Shown one piece after another: positions 8,934 to 20,300 of a stretch of DNA of 51,687 nucleotides (position 1 is its first letter; every line of letters begins with the position of its first letter). Origin of the DNA: Gemmatimonadaceae bacterium (GTDB taxonomy: Bacteria; Gemmatimonadota; Gemmatimonadetes; Gemmatimonadales; Gemmatimonadaceae); NCBI GenBank assembly GCA_044224875.1, contig JBGAJQ010000034.1, forward strand, positions 1 through 51,687, written 5' to 3'. The notes under the pieces were generated by a model that saw only the letters and a list, made by a program, of their open reading frames with translations, had not been told where the DNA came from and searched no databases. The position numbers and the translations under genes are program-made.

Positions 8934-11432
8934 CTAGACGGCCTTGGCGAAGTGACCGCGCGTGAAGGTCGTGCCCACCAGTCCGCGCACCTCATCGATC
9001 GGCGGGGGTTCCTGCTGGCTCAGGGCGTCCAGGGCGTGCCGGTACCCGGCAACCAGCGCGCCGACGTCCAACCCGGGGACGTTGAAGAGCATGCGGTACC
9101 CACGGATGCCGATGGTCCACAGGCGAGGAAGAAACTCCGAGCCCTCGATCGGGCGTGAGTGCAGCAGGCGATTCCGGCAAGCGAAATCCGTGGCCACTGG
9201 GAAGGTGTAACCAGCCGGGTCCGTCAGCTCGACCGTTGGATGCTTCTTCACACAGAGGTCGCGGCACGTCGTCGGCTCCCGGTCGAACGCGGCTGACAAC
9301 ACGCAGTGCTCCAAGGTCATGCCCTCGGGTCGTCCATACAGCAGAATTTCGAAGCCGCGCCCTTCCCAGGGCGCGACAAGGTCGCCGATTTCATCCACCG
9401 TGAGCTCCACCGATGCCGTCACCCATCGCACGCCACGCGCGAAGAACTCCGCGGCCGTGTGCGGGTTGAAGCAATTCACGGCGTAATGCGCGGTGACCTC
9501 ACGGCCCGTTGCCGCGAGTGACGTCGCCATACCAGCATGGCCGGTCGCGACGGGGAGATCGAGCGCCAGCCACTTATCGACCTGGGCGCGATCTTCAGGA
9601 CGGACGATCGTCGGCAGTTGAAGCTGTAGGTGAACGCCTCGCGCCCGGAGCTGCTCGCTCAACGTGCGAACTCGCGACAGAGCCGGCACGGGATGCCGCA
9701 AGAACGGATCGAAGGCAATCACCGTGGCGCCATTATCGCTCGCGACGATGGCGTCCTCGATGGAGAAGACCTCGGCGACCAATTGGTAGGGCCCCGTGTG
9801 CGGTGGAGGCTCCGTATGATGCGCGACCTGTGAGGACGCAGTCGCAATGCGCAGGCGACGCTCCTCTGCCGCGGCGGCATCTGACCACGCACGGAGCGCG
9901 AGCAGTTCATCGACCGCGCGCTGGCGAAGGTGGTTGAGTTCCGACACTGGCAGGAACAAACCCGGCGCCAGCCCCTGAAGGTCGACAGCGCCTAACACGA
10001 ACGGCGTCTGGCCCAACCGGCCGAACTGGTCGCGGAGGCGGCTCTCATCGAGTGGACGCGCCTGCGCGGGAGAAAGCGTGACCTCCGACGCCACGGTCAC
10101 AGATGAGTCCTCGACCGTGCAGATGGCCTTAAGCGGTGCTCCCGCCGCTCCAAAACACCTAATATCGAGCCGACGTCGCGTGCGCCCCGAAGGAATTGCC
10201 ACGCCAGCAAATGAGTTGCGTGCGCCTTCCAGCAACCCTCCCTGAGCACTTCGCACGACGCGCCAACTGACGGGTGCATCGAATCGGCCGCTGAGCGCCT
10301 GACGAGTCCTCCCACCATCGCGGGAGAGTTCTCGCACCGCCGTAACGGCACCGCCAGTCGGCACGCCTCGCTGGCCCGAAGGAGGTTCGAATCCCAGTCC
10401 GTCGCCGACGGCAACGGAATGCGAGACCTCAACGACCAACTCCCCGCGCTCTCGGCCGACCACAACGCCAATCTCGTGTCCGCGATTGTCGGGCTGGTCG
10501 CGTGTGATGTACTCGCGACCGGCTCGGCCACCATACATGCCACCGGTAAAGCCGCGGCTGTAGATCTGCACCAGTGGACGTACGTCCTCGAACGATGGCG
10601 TGGCACGCTCGCCGCGCGCGACGCGATCCAGGAATTGGCGATACCCACGCGTCACCGTGGCAACGTACTCCGGCTTCTTCTTTCGGCCCTCGACCTTGAG
10701 GCAGACGATGCCGGCATCGGCCAGTGCCGCGATGTGCTCATAGGCGCCGAGGTCCTTGGCGGAGATCAAGTATCCCCGATCGAGTTCCTCGCCCGACGCA
10801 TGATCGGTGAGGACATAGTCCTTTCGACAGGCCTGTGCACAGGAGCCGCGATTGGCGGAACGATCCGAGATGAGGCCCGACATGTAGCATTGGCCCGAGT
10901 ACGAAATGCAGAGCGCGCCATGCACGAACGTCTCGACGCCCACATCGGGCACTGCCTCCCGGATGCGGTGAATGTCGTCCAGCGTATTCTCGCGGGCGAG
11001 GACGATGCGACTGACGCCCAGTTCGCGAAGCAGCCGCGCACCATCGGGATCGTGAACCGTCATCTGCGTGGACCCGTGGATCTCAAAACCGGGGTACACG
11101 CGCTGAATCATACGAACGAGCCCGACGTCCTGAACGATGGCGGCATCGATCCCGAGGTCGATGCACGCGCCGAGGTGCTCGAGCGCCTCGGTCATCTCCG
11201 AGGCCTTCACCAGCGTGTTCAGGGTGAGGTAAACCCGCGCACCGTAGGCGTGCGCGATCGCACATGAAACGGCGAGCTCATCGAAGGTGAGCTGCGCGCC
11301 TTCGTCGCGCGCGTTGAACTTTTCCACGCCGAGATAGACCGCGTTCGCACCATTGGCCACGGCGGCGCGGACGGCATCCACGGAGCCGGCGGGTGCGAGC
11401 AATTCGGGAATCGGGCGGAGATGATCACGCAT
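8934..11432 (-). CDS. Long peptidase U32-family protein (RlhA-like Fe-S RNA hydroxylation family)
   Basis: PELLAPAG, HGSTQM, HGALCISYSGQC...SANRGSCAQACR cysteine motif, LKVEGRKK; second degenerate U32-like C-terminal region. Confidence 0.88.
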   Translation of the reverse strand: MRDHLRPIPELLAPAGSVDAVRAAVANGANAVYLGVEKFNARDEGAQLTFDELAVSCAIAHAYGARVYLTLNTLVKASEMTEALEHLGACIDLGIDAAIVQDVGLVRMIQRVYPGFEIHGSTQMTVHDPDGARLLRELGVSRIVLARENTLDDIHRIREAVPDVGVETFVHGALCISYSGQCYMSGLISDRSANRGSCAQACRKDYVLTDHASGEELDRGYLISAKDLGAYEHIAALADAGIVCLKVEGRKKKPEYVATVTRGYRQFLDRVARGERATPSFEDVRPLVQIYSRGFTGGMYGGRAGREYITRDQPDNRGHEIGVVVGRERGELVVEVSHSVAVGDGLGFEPPSGQRGVPTGGAVTAVRELSRDGGRTRQALSGRFDAPVSWRVVRSAQGGLLEGARNSFAGVAIPSGRTRRRLDIRCFGAAGAPLKAICTVEDSSVTVASEVTLSPAQARPLDESRLRDQFGRLGQTPFVLGAVDLQGLAPGLFLPVSELNHLRQRAVDELLALRAWSDAAAAEERRLRIATASSQVAHHTEPPPHTGPYQLVAEVFSIEDAIVASDNGATVIAFDPFLRHPVPALSRVRTLSEQLRARGVHLQLQLPTIVRPEDRAQVDKWLALDLPVATGHAGMATSLAATGREVTAHYAVNCFNPHTAAEFFARGVRWVTASVELTVDEIGDLVAPWEGRGFEILLYGRPEGMTLEHCVLSAAFDREPTTCRDLCVKKHPTVELTDPAGYTFPVATDFACRNRLLHSRPIEGSEFLPRLWTIGIRGYRMLFNVPGLDVGALVAGYRHALDALSQQEPPPIDEVRGLVGTTFTRGHFAKAV

Positions 11433-11536
11433 GGCCTGTCCAATCTAACATCGGGCAGCCACTGCCTTGACTGGTCCGCGCGCCTTGGCGGCAGACAGAT
11501 GACGGCGGCGGGTGCCAACCGCCAGCGTCGGTGAAA

Positions 11537-11719
11537 TCAGCCGTCGCTGGGCGGCTTGGCGTTTTCGCTTCGTCGGTCGAGGAAGCGAAGGAAGAAGGCG
11601 ACCGCAAAGAGACCGATTGCCACCAGTCGAAGTGTCTCATCGTCCGACTTGATGCCGTAAGCAAGCAGGATGCCGCCGATCAGCAGCAGGGCCAACTTGA
11701 CGCGAAGGATCCCGCTCAT
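11537..11719 (-). CDS. Small two-TM membrane protein
   Basis: 60-aa ORF with two hydrophobic helices, co-oriented in the operon. Confidence 0.6.
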   Translation of the reverse strand: MSGILRVKLALLLIGGILLAYGIKSDDETLRLVAIGLFAVAFFLRFLDRRSENAKPPSDG

Positions 11720-11732
11720 TGGGTTCGATTCG

Positions 11733-12092
11733 CTACGCTGGCGTCGCTACCGGCAGTTGCAACCCTTGCCCCTCTTCATCCGAAACATCCAGTACCATGC
11801 GGAGCATGGCGGTGGAGAAGACCTTGCCCTGTGCGTCCGTCTTGAGGGAGAGCGTGCCTCCCCCGTCCAAGGCGCCGTGCAACAGGAAATTCAGCGCGCC
11901 GAGGTTGGGAAGCTCGTAGCGCTCCACGGCGCCATGGATCAGGCCGTGGAAGTGTGCGGTCACACGCTCCACCGTGAGATGCCTGACGAGCAAGTCATAC
12001 CACTCCGGTCTCAATGCGATCACGCCGACGTTGGCCGTATCGCCCTTATCTCCCGAGCGCGCGTGCGCGAGATCCACCAGCCGGACTTTCAT
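11733..12092 (-). CDS. AtuA-related small protein (stand-alone C-terminal ferredoxin-like domain)
   Basis: [19 protein letters not shown]...[29 protein letters not shown]. Confidence 0.85.
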   Translation of the reverse strand: MKVRLVDLAHARSGDKGDTANVGVIALRPEWYDLLVRHLTVERVTAHFHGLIHGAVERYELPNLGALNFLLHGALDGGGTLSLKTDAQGKVFSTAMLRMVLDVSDEEGQGLQLPVATPA

Positions 12093-13450
12093 GTGAGAAT
12101 CTCCACCCGCGTCTCGACCACGCGCTTGTCGATGAGGGCTGGCCAGTAAGCGACGATTTCCTCGACCTTGGGGCGCCCACCAGCAAATCCAGTCACGCTG
12201 GGCGGGCCGTTCAGGACCAGCGGCGCAATCTCGCGGGTGAATCGCTCCACGCTCGCCTTGTCGGGCGCCCGAACGCCAACACGCAATTGCACCTCGGGCG
12301 CCTGTTCACCGGAACCCGCCAGTCCGCCGTGCGTTGAACTCACGCCGACAAACTCGGTAAGGATGGTTTCAAATCGCAGGCCGAGGTTCGTCAGGCGCTC
12401 TCGAAGCACGCGATCGGCGAGTTGGGCCTTGGCGAGTGCATCCGGCCAAGCGTAAACCAGTGTCCCAACAGCCTTGTATCCCGCGCGATACGCAAGGGAC
12501 ACCTTGAGGAATGGTGTGGGTGGGCGGCCGCGAATGCCATGAATCCGGACGCGGTCGTCTCCCGCCTGCTGCAACTGAATGCTCGTGAAATCCGCGATCA
12601 CGTCAGGCGTGATGTACGCGTGCGGATCTCCCATCTCGTACACCAGCTGTTCCTTGATCGAGGGAACCGTGATTCGTCCGCCGGTGCCAGGATGCTTGAC
12701 GATTTCGAACGTCCCGTCGGCGCGCGCGTCGACGATGGGGTATCCCACATTGGCCAGGTCGGGAATGTGCCGCCAATCGTGCAGGCAATTTCCGCCGGAG
12801 CATTGAGCGCCACACTCGATGATGTGGCCGGCTACGATGCCCGCGGCAAGCTTGTCCCAATCTTCCGCGCCCCAGCCGAACTCATAGCGCAACGGTGCCA
12901 TGGTGAGCGCCGTGTCCGTTGACCGCCCCGTAATGACGATGTTGGCCCCCTGCCCTAACGCCTGAATGATTGGCGTCGACCCGATGTACGCATTCGCGGA
13001 CAGCACACGGTCACGAACCGTGGTCAAGGGTTCGCCGGTGTCCATGTTGGCGAGTGGATGGCCGGCCGCAATCAGTTCATCGAGTCGAGGGAGGAGATCA
13101 TCTCCGGTCACCACGCCCAGACGGAGTTTCCCGCGTACACCTCGGGCGTCGGCGAGTGCCAGGATGGCGCGCGCACAGGCAACGGGGTTCACGCCGCCGG
13201 CGTTCGCAATGACCCGAACGCCACGATTGACGACGCCATCGAGGACCGACTCCACCGCGCCGAGGAAGTCACGCGCGTATCCCATGTTGGGATCGCGCTC
13301 CTTCTGCTTCTGCAGAATGGACATGGTGACTTCCGCCAGGTAATCGAGCATGAGGTAGTCGACGGGGCCACCTTCGACCTGACGGCGTGGCGCTTCCAGC
13401 CAGTCGCCCCAAAACCCCTGACCACTCGCTACACGAACGAGCGTCTTCAT
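12089..13450 (-). CDS. Acyclic terpene utilization AtuA family (DUF1446) protein
   Basis: [61 protein letters not shown]. Confidence 0.9.
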   Translation of the reverse strand: MKTLVRVASGQGFWGDWLEAPRRQVEGGPVDYLMLDYLAEVTMSILQKQKERDPNMGYARDFLGAVESVLDGVVNRGVRVIANAGGVNPVACARAILALADARGVRGKLRLGVVTGDDLLPRLDELIAAGHPLANMDTGEPLTTVRDRVLSANAYIGSTPIIQALGQGANIVITGRSTDTALTMAPLRYEFGWGAEDWDKLAAGIVAGHIIECGAQCSGGNCLHDWRHIPDLANVGYPIVDARADGTFEIVKHPGTGGRITVPSIKEQLVYEMGDPHAYITPDVIADFTSIQLQQAGDDRVRIHGIRGRPPTPFLKVSLAYRAGYKAVGTLVYAWPDALAKAQLADRVLRERLTNLGLRFETILTEFVGVSSTHGGLAGSGEQAPEVQLRVGVRAPDKASVERFTREIAPLVLNGPPSVTGFAGGRPKVEEIVAYWPALIDKRVVETRVEILT

Positions 13451-15111
13451 CGGACCACCTCGGGTTGAGCCGGAAGGGTGAACGGGCCGAGGTGCGGGGC
13501 ATCGTTCTGCAAGGCGGCACGTAGGGCCATCGCGATGACATCGCGGGTGTCCTCGGGATAAATCACGGCGTCGACGTACCCGCGCGCGGCAGCAAACTTC
13601 GCGTCCAGCTGGTGTTCGTAGTCCGCGCGCATTTCATCGATGGCGCGGGCGACGTCGGGGTCGAGAGAGCCGCTCTTGCGGGCTTCCTCGAGAATCGGGC
13701 CGTGGACGGCCTGCACGGCGGACTCGCCTTCCATGACGCCCATGCGACCCGTCGGCCAGGTGAAGACGAAATCCGGGTCAAAGCCCTGTCCGGCCATGGC
13801 GTAGTACCCCGCGCCGGACGCGTGGTTCACCGTCAGCACCAACTTTGGGACGCGCGCACAGGCCATGGCTTCCACAAAGCGCGCGCCCGCGCGAATGATC
13901 CCTTCATGCTCGGCCTCCGGCCCCACCATGAAACCGGACACGTCCTGAACGAACACAATGGGCAGTCCCTGTCGGTCGCAGCGCTCGATGTAGAAGGCGA
14001 CCTTCTCCGCGCTCTCGGCATACAGGATGCCGCCAAATCGCGGCTTCTCTCCGGCCCGTCCTTTCACCAAGCCGCGCTGGTTGGCAATGACGGCGACGGG
14101 GATGCCTTCGATGCTCGCATCTCCGCAGATGATCTCACGCGCGAGGTTGGGTTGAAACTCGTCGAGTCGCCCGTCGTCGGCGATGGCCTTGAGGATCGTA
14201 TGCATGTCGTAGGACATGCGGTGATCGACGGGGAGCAGGTCGTAGAGATCCGTTGTGTCGTTGGATGTAATGGGAGCCGCAATGGAAGGGTCCGCGGCGT
14301 TTGTGGTGTCGGTGGTATTTTCCCGGTGGGGGGGCCCCCCCACTCCCGCCGCTCGCCTCGGCAGTCGCGATACCAGATCGCGGATATGCGCGACGCACGA
14401 GGCATCGTCATCCGCCGCATAGTGTGCGACGCCGCTCACTTCCGTATGCGCCGTAGCGCCGCCTAACGTCTCGCCGTCAATAGACTGGCCCGTCGCACCC
14501 TTCACCAGGTTCGGCCCGCCCAATCCCATGAACGAAGTGCCCTTCACCATCAGGATCACGTCGGACAGCGCCGGAAGGTACGCCCCGCCGGCAATGCACG
14601 GCCCCATGACCGCGGCGATCTGCGGAATGCGCAGGTACCGCCGCATGACCGAATTGTAGTAGAAGATTCGAGCGGCCCCGTATTGACCCGGGAACACCCC
14701 TCCCTGATACGGCAGGTTCACGCCGGCGGAATCGACGAGGTACACGATCGGAATCCGGCAGCGCATTGCGATTTCCTGGGCCCGCAGGATCTTCTTGATC
14801 GTCTCTGGCCACCAGGAACCCGCCTTCACCGTGGCGTCATTGGCGACGATCACCACCTCTCGCCCATGCACCTGGCCAATACCTGTCACCACCCCCGCGC
14901 CCGGCGCCTGGCCGTCATACTGGTCGAACGCGACCAGCAACCCGACCTCCAGAAACCTTGCCTGGGGATCGCAGAGGGCGGCGATCCGTTCGCGTGCCGT
15001 CCATTTCCCCTGTTTGTGCTGACGAGCGATCTTTTCGGCGCCGCCACCTTGCCGCAACTGATCCTCGAGTGCACGTAGGGCCTCGCTCAGCCCACGCAAG
15101 CGAGACGTCAC
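13447..15111 (-). CDS. Acyl-CoA carboxylase carboxyltransferase (beta) subunit, MCC/GCC-like
   Basis: [46 protein letters not shown]. Confidence 0.92.
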   Translation of the reverse strand: MTSRLRGLSEALRALEDQLRQGGGAEKIARQHKQGKWTARERIAALCDPQARFLEVGLLVAFDQYDGQAPGAGVVTGIGQVHGREVVIVANDATVKAGSWWPETIKKILRAQEIAMRCRIPIVYLVDSAGVNLPYQGGVFPGQYGAARIFYYNSVMRRYLRIPQIAAVMGPCIAGGAYLPALSDVILMVKGTSFMGLGGPNLVKGATGQSIDGETLGGATAHTEVSGVAHYAADDDASCVAHIRDLVSRLPRRAAGVGGPPHRENTTDTTNAADPSIAAPITSNDTTDLYDLLPVDHRMSYDMHTILKAIADDGRLDEFQPNLAREIICGDASIEGIPVAVIANQRGLVKGRAGEKPRFGGILYAESAEKVAFYIERCDRQGLPIVFVQDVSGFMVGPEAEHEGIIRAGARFVEAMACARVPKLVLTVNHASGAGYYAMAGQGFDPDFVFTWPTGRMGVMEGESAVQAVHGPILEEARKSGSLDPDVARAIDEMRADYEHQLDAKFAAARGYVDAVIYPEDTRDVIAMALRAALQNDAPHLGPFTLPAQPEVVR

Positions 15112-15521
15112 GCCGACTGCTGCTCCCGCGCGCTGAACCAGTCGCGAATGTACGCGATCAAGTCGGTCGTCGACGTACCCGGGCCGAACAAGGTCCCCAT
15201 GCCGCGCTCACGCAAGGCGTCCATGTCTTCCTTGGGGATGATGCCCCCGCCCGTGATGAGGACGTCATCGCGCCCCGCGTCCACCATCAGTTGACGGACG
15301 CGCGGAAAGAGTGTCATATGGGCGCCGCTCAGGATCGAGAGCCCGATCACGTCGACATCTTCTTGCACGGCAGCGGTCGCGATCATCTCGGGCGTCTGGT
15401 GCAGTCCCGTGTAGATCACCTCCATGCCGGCGTCGCGCAACGCGGCCGCCACCACCTTGGCGCCGCGGTCGTGACCATCCAGGCCAGGCTTGGCGATGAG
15501 TACGCGGATCGGTCGAGACAT
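15108..15521 (-). CDS. Cobalamin-binding small subunit of acyl-CoA mutase (IcmB/MCM C-terminal type)
   Basis: [13 protein letters not shown] (DxHxxG), [15 protein letters not shown]; start MSRPIRV. Confidence 0.93.
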   Translation of the reverse strand: MSRPIRVLIAKPGLDGHDRGAKVVAAALRDAGMEVIYTGLHQTPEMIATAAVQEDVDVIGLSILSGAHMTLFPRVRQLMVDAGRDDVLITGGGIIPKEDMDALRERGMGTLFGPGTSTTDLIAYIRDWFSAREQQSA

Positions 15522-15679
15522 ATCAGAAACGTGAGGAAGGTTGTTGCCTGTACCGCCGCGAAAGCTAGCCGCTCCCCACGCCAACGGACAGCGCCGACGC
15601 TCTAGCTAGCGCGAGATCTCCACTATCGTCAGGCTGGAGACGATCTCGGCGCCCGAACGCTTCATTCGCGGTGCCAACA

Positions 15680-16498
15680 TCACTCGTCCTTTCGCGCGAC
15701 CAGGAGCATCTCACTCGAGGTACGTCGCAAGGGCCGCGGCTCCCACGCATCAAAAGCCTGAGTGACCACCAACCCGGCCTGCGCACACAATTCAGCCAAT
15801 CGCGTCGCGGTGTACAGCCTTATGCGATGCTCGCGCTCTCCATTGCCCGCTGGGCCGCGAAACGATGACCGGATCGTGAGCACACCGGAGAGTGGATCAA
15901 ACGTCCGGCCGTGCGCGACCATGGTGCCGTCGCTCGTTTCCCACCAATCCTTTGCCAAGAAGCGCGCCATCACGCCGTCGCGGCTGCCGCCGTGCCACAC
16001 CAAGGTGCCGCCTGGGCGCAGGACCCGCGAGAACTCATGAACGACGCGTGCATCATCGTTAGGATCGAAGAAGAACCCGAACGATGTGAAGAGGTTGACG
16101 ACGGCGTCGAAGCGGCCGCTCCACCGCAGCGGCAAACGTCGCATGTCACCCTGTCGGTATCGAAGGTTCGGCCCCTGACCCCGCGCCACGGCAATGCGCA
16201 GGAGGTCCTTCGAGTAGTCCAGCGCATCCACGCGGTAGCCGGCCTCCGCCAAGAGGTGCGCGTGCCGACCCTGGCCACACGGTACATCGAGAATTCGTGA
16301 GGCCGACGGCAGCCCAAGAATCTCGATCAACCGCGAGATTTCTCGTCGATCGCGGACTGCGCTGAAGATGGGCTCGTATTCCAGCAGGTACTGCGCATCA
16401 AAATACGTCGCCCACCACTCGCGCGAGGCGCGGACGCTGGTGCTTCCCGTCGCCTTCCTCTGGCGCCGACGGGAAGACGGTCGGACTCGTTGGCTCAG
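15680..16498 (-). CDS. Class I SAM-dependent methyltransferase; probable CTG start
   Basis: [31 protein letters not shown]; the frame stays open upstream of the track start ([12 protein letters not shown]) to a CTG overlapping the mutase stop. Confidence 0.85.
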   Translation of the reverse strand: MSQRVRPSSRRRQRKATGSTSVRASREWWATYFDAQYLLEYEPIFSAVRDRREISRLIEILGLPSASRILDVPCGQGRHAHLLAEAGYRVDALDYSKDLLRIAVARGQGPNLRYRQGDMRRLPLRWSGRFDAVVNLFTSFGFFFDPNDDARVVHEFSRVLRPGGTLVWHGGSRDGVMARFLAKDWWETSDGTMVAHGRTFDPLSGVLTIRSSFRGPAGNGEREHRIRLYTATRLAELCAQAGLVVTQAFDAWEPRPLRRTSSEMLLVARKDE

Positions 16499-18189
16499 AA
16501 GAAGACCGGCTCGCGGTACGCGCCGAAGACTTCTTCCATGGCGTGGCGAATTTCGAACAGCGTTCCGTAAGCGCGGGCGCAGTCGAGTATGAACGGAATG
16601 AGGTTCGCATCGGTACGCGCGGCGTCTCGCAGCGCATTCAGGCGCTGCGTGAGCAGGACGTTGTCGCGTTGCGCGCGAAGCGTACCCAGTCGTTCACGCT
16701 GCGAGCGATCGACTTCCTCGCCAACCCGAAGGACGGGGATCGCCAGTTCGGGTTCGTCCGTGACAAACTCGTTGACGCCGACCACCACCTTGCGATGCTG
16801 CTCGATCTCCCATTGTTGACGAGCCGCCGATTCGGCGATGCGGCGCTGGAACCACCCCTGCTCGATTCCCTTCACCACGCCACCCATATCCTCGATGCTC
16901 GAGAAGATCTGTTCGGCTTCCCGCTCGAGTGAATCGGTCAGCGCCTCGACGTAGTAGGAACCCCCAAGCGGATCGATGACATTCGGCACGCCCGTCTCGT
17001 AGGCCAGCACTTGCTGCGTTCGCAACGCCACCTGCACGGCTTCCTCTGTGGGCAGGGCGAGCGTTTCGTCCATGGAGTTGGTGTGCAGCGATTGTGTGCC
17101 ACCGAGCGCCGCGGCGAGGGCTTGGTAGGCGACACGCACGACGTTGTTCATCGGCTGCTGGGCCGTGAGTGTGACACCGGCGGTCTGCGAGTGGAATCGC
17201 AGCATCCACGAACGCGGGTCCTTGGCTCCATAGCGTTCCTTCATGTGTCGCGCCCAAATGCGCCGCGCGGCACGGAGTTTGGCGATCTCCTCGAAGAAAT
17301 CGTTGTGGATATCGAAGAAGAACGAGAGACGCGGGGCGAAAGAATCGACGGACAGACCGCGCGCCATGCCGCGCTCGACGTACGTGAACCCATTCGCCAG
17401 GGTAAACGCGAGTTCCTGAACCGCGGTGGCGCCTGCTTCGCGGATGTGGTAGCCGGAAATCGAAATCGTGTTCCACTGTGGCGCGTGAGCGGCGCCCCAT
17501 TCGAACAGGTCGACGATCAGGCGCAGCGCAGGTTCGATGGGATAACACCAGGCGTGCTGCGCCATGTACTCCTTGAGGATGTCGTTCTGGACGGTGCCGC
17601 GGAGCTTGTCGGCAGACACGCCCTGTCGTTCGGCAGCTGCAACATAGAAGCAGAACAGGATCACGGCCGGGCCGTTGATCGTCATCGACGTCGACACCTG
17701 ATCCAGCGGAATCCCGTCGAACAGCACCTCCATGTCGGCCAAACTGGAGACGGCGACACCTGTTTTCCCGACCTCGCCCTCGGATCGCATATGGTCGGAA
17801 TCGAATCCCATCAGCGTGGGGAAATCGAACGCGGTGGACAGGCCGGTCTGGCCATGCTCGAGCAGGAACTTGAAGCGCTGGTTCGTGTCGCGGGCGCTAC
17901 CAAATCCGGCAAATTGCCGCATGGTCCACAACCGGCCGCGATATCCGGTGGGATGGATGCCACGCGTGTATGGAAACTCCCCGGGGACCGGCAACGGTCC
18001 GTTTCCATCGTCAGCTACATCAAGCCGCGTGAAGAGTGGCTGGACATCACTGGCCGAGTTGCTGAAGGCGACGCTGCGGAGTTCCCCCTTGGCATACCTG
18101 GCGCGCCAGGCGGCAACCTCCGCGCGGAGTCGTTCGAGCTCGGCGTCGGCAGTGAGCGTCAGGTCGTGTGGTCCCTGAACCGATGTCAT
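16495..18189 (-). CDS. B12-dependent acyl-CoA mutase large subunit, isobutyryl-CoA-mutase-type specificity residues
   Basis: [60 protein letters not shown]. Confidence 0.93.
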   Translation of the reverse strand: MTSVQGPHDLTLTADAELERLRAEVAAWRARYAKGELRSVAFSNSASDVQPLFTRLDVADDGNGPLPVPGEFPYTRGIHPTGYRGRLWTMRQFAGFGSARDTNQRFKFLLEHGQTGLSTAFDFPTLMGFDSDHMRSEGEVGKTGVAVSSLADMEVLFDGIPLDQVSTSMTINGPAVILFCFYVAAAERQGVSADKLRGTVQNDILKEYMAQHAWCYPIEPALRLIVDLFEWGAAHAPQWNTISISGYHIREAGATAVQELAFTLANGFTYVERGMARGLSVDSFAPRLSFFFDIHNDFFEEIAKLRAARRIWARHMKERYGAKDPRSWMLRFHSQTAGVTLTAQQPMNNVVRVAYQALAAALGGTQSLHTNSMDETLALPTEEAVQVALRTQQVLAYETGVPNVIDPLGGSYYVEALTDSLEREAEQIFSSIEDMGGVVKGIEQGWFQRRIAESAARQQWEIEQHRKVVVGVNEFVTDEPELAIPVLRVGEEVDRSQRERLGTLRAQRDNVLLTQRLNALRDAARTDANLIPFILDCARAYGTLFEIRHAMEEVFGAYREPVFF

Positions 18190-19304
18190 GCGTCGTCCCT
18201 CGCTAGGAGCGCGGCGCCCCGAACCAACAGGGCGTCAGCAACCGAAAATGGTGACACTGCGCCGCTTTCCACGAGCGGTAGCTGTGCCTGAATGTACGCC
18301 TGCATGGATGCGTCGCCCCACCAGGATCGATGCGCCCGATGCTCGGTAATTTCGACGATCTGTTCATGGAGACGCCGTCGCCGGCGGCTTTGCAACTCTC
18401 CACTCGACTCAAGATAGCGAAAGTGGCGATCAATGGCGGCGATGAGGTCGTCGATGCCCTCGCCTTGGGCCGCGACGGCACGCAATACCGGCGGTACCCA
18501 GCCCTCGACCTGCTCTTCTCGCGCCTTCTGTCGCGCAAGGCGCCCGGGGTTGTTGATGTTCCTCAGGTCCACGCCGTGATGGGCCGGGACGTTCTTCAGG
18601 ATGTTGCCGTCGCGCAGTCCGAGCATGAGCTCGATGTCGTTGCGCAGCCGCTCGGAGCCCGGCCGGTCGGACTTGTTCACGACGAAGACGTCGGCAATCT
18701 CCATCAAGCCGGCCTTGAGTGTCTGGATGGAATCACCCGACTCCGGAACGAGAATCACCGTGGTGGAATCCGCGGCACGCGCAATTTCCAGTTCGCTTTG
18801 GCCGACGCCCACGGTTTCCATGAGAATGACGTCGAACCCGTAGGCGTCCAACACGTCGGCCGCCGCACGTGTGGCGGCCGACATACCGCCTAACGAACCA
18901 CGGGTTGCCAAGGACCGAATGTACACGCCGGGATCGAGCGCCACGCCCTCCATGCGAATACGATCGCCCAGCAACGCCCCACCGGTGAACGGAGATGTCG
19001 GGTCGACGGCAATGATTCCCACGGTGAGGTTCAGCGAGCGGTAGGCGGCCGCCAGCCGCATGGTCATGGTGCTCTTCCCCGCACCGGGCGGCCCCGTGAG
19101 CCCAATCCGTCGCGCACGCCCCACCCGGCTGTGCAGTGTGCTCAGCAACAGGTCAAACCCGTCGCGCTGGTTCTCCACGATGCTTACCGCACGGGCCAGG
19201 GCAGCCGGTCGCCGAGCGTCGAAGTCGGCCAGTAGGCGCTCGAGCGGCGCGGGCATGGGAACGCGAGTCGACGTCATCTCGTCAGGCGGCTGAATCGGGG
19301 ACAC
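18186..19304 (-). CDS. meaB: MeaB/ArgK G-protein chaperone of B12 mutase
   Basis: [46 protein letters not shown]. Confidence 0.95.
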   Translation of the reverse strand: MSPIQPPDEMTSTRVPMPAPLERLLADFDARRPAALARAVSIVENQRDGFDLLLSTLHSRVGRARRIGLTGPPGAGKSTMTMRLAAAYRSLNLTVGIIAVDPTSPFTGGALLGDRIRMEGVALDPGVYIRSLATRGSLGGMSAATRAAADVLDAYGFDVILMETVGVGQSELEIARAADSTTVILVPESGDSIQTLKAGLMEIADVFVVNKSDRPGSERLRNDIELMLGLRDGNILKNVPAHHGVDLRNINNPGRLARQKAREEQVEGWVPPVLRAVAAQGEGIDDLIAAIDRHFRYLESSGELQSRRRRRLHEQIVEITEHRAHRSWWGDASMQAYIQAQLPLVESGAVSPFSVADALLVRGAALLARDDA

Positions 19305-19313
19305 CGGTCGGCG

Positions 19314-20300
19314 TTACCGGTCTTTTCCATCTTGGCGCACGGTGGGTTCGCCTGTGCCCGGTTCGTCATGTTCGTCGCGAATCTCTCCGACCAACTCCTC
19401 CAGCAGGTCCTCCAACGTTGCCAGGCCCGTCGTCAGGCCCTGGTCGTCGGTCACGATCGCCAAGTGCTTGCGCTCTCGTAGCATACGGAAAAGGATGTCG
19501 CTGCAACGAGCCGCGCCAGAGGCGATGACGACGCTGCGCAATGTCGAGGGCAATTCGCCATCGGACTTCAGCACATCGAAGGCGTGGAGCATGCCCTCCA
19601 CGTGATCAAGGTCGCGCCGGTACACGGGCACTCGAGAAAATCCGGATTGCGCAACTTGCCTGACAATCTCAGCGGGCGCCTGTTCAACATCGACGGCAAA
19701 AATGTCGCTGCGCGGCGTCATGGCGTCGCGCAACCGACGCTCGCCAAAGTCGACCACGCTGCTGATGATCGCGATCTCGGCGCGATTGCCCACGCCCTCG
19801 ATCTCGCCTTCGCGAAGGAGTTCCTCGATCGCGTCGTCCTCGCCCTCTGCTGCCATCCGTCGCGCCTCGGCTCGGCGCTCCCCGGTAACGCGCCGGACAA
19901 GCGCGAGCAGGGGCGACAGGGCAAGGTCCAGTGCTCGCACAGGGGGTAGGAGCACCGGAATGAGCTGACTTGGCCACCGTCGCGCGACGGCGCGCGGAAT
20001 GAGTTGTCCGACGACCAGCAGCGCCAGGGAGTACCCGATCGCCAGCTGCATCACGGTGCTCGTCGTCGCAGCGTTGGTGCCGATGTACGCCCCCGCCGAA
20101 AAGACGGTGAGCGAGACCCCAGTGGTTGCCGCCAGCAGCATGCGATGTGGGCGTTCGAGGTACAACTCAGCGGATACCGCGCCACTGAGCCGGCGTTCGA
20201 CCCAGTGACGCAGCCAGATCCGGCTCGCCGATCGCACGGCAGTCGCCGCCGCCGTCAGCCACGCCACGACTCCGATGGTGGCGAGCAGGAAGGAGGTCAC
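19314..20300 (-). CDS. CNNM/DUF21-CBS (hemolysin/CorC-like) protein, second paralog
   Basis: GTG at 20300 overlapping the upstream TGA; TM N-terminus, MTPRSDI, SGFSRVPVY, GLATLEDLLEELVGEIRDEHD. Confidence 0.85.
   Translation of the reverse strand: MTSFLLATIGVVAWLTAAATAVRSASRIWLRHWVERRLSGAVSAELYLERPHRMLLAATTGVSLTVFSAGAYIGTNAATTSTVMQLAIGYSLALLVVGQLIPRAVARRWPSQLIPVLLPPVRALDLALSPLLALVRRVTGERRAEARRMAAEGEDDAIEELLREGEIEGVGNRAEIAIISSVVDFGERRLRDAMTPRSDIFAVDVEQAPAEIVRQVAQSGFSRVPVYRRDLDHVEGMLHAFDVLKSDGELPSTLRSVVIASGAARCSDILFRMLRERKHLAIVTDDQGLTTGLATLEDLLEELVGEIRDEHDEPGTGEPTVRQDGKDR

Noticed and set aside
15522..15679. Cobalamin riboswitch upstream of the B12-binding subunit
   Set aside because: A hairpin is present (about 15612-15648) but I could not find the conserved B12-box elements
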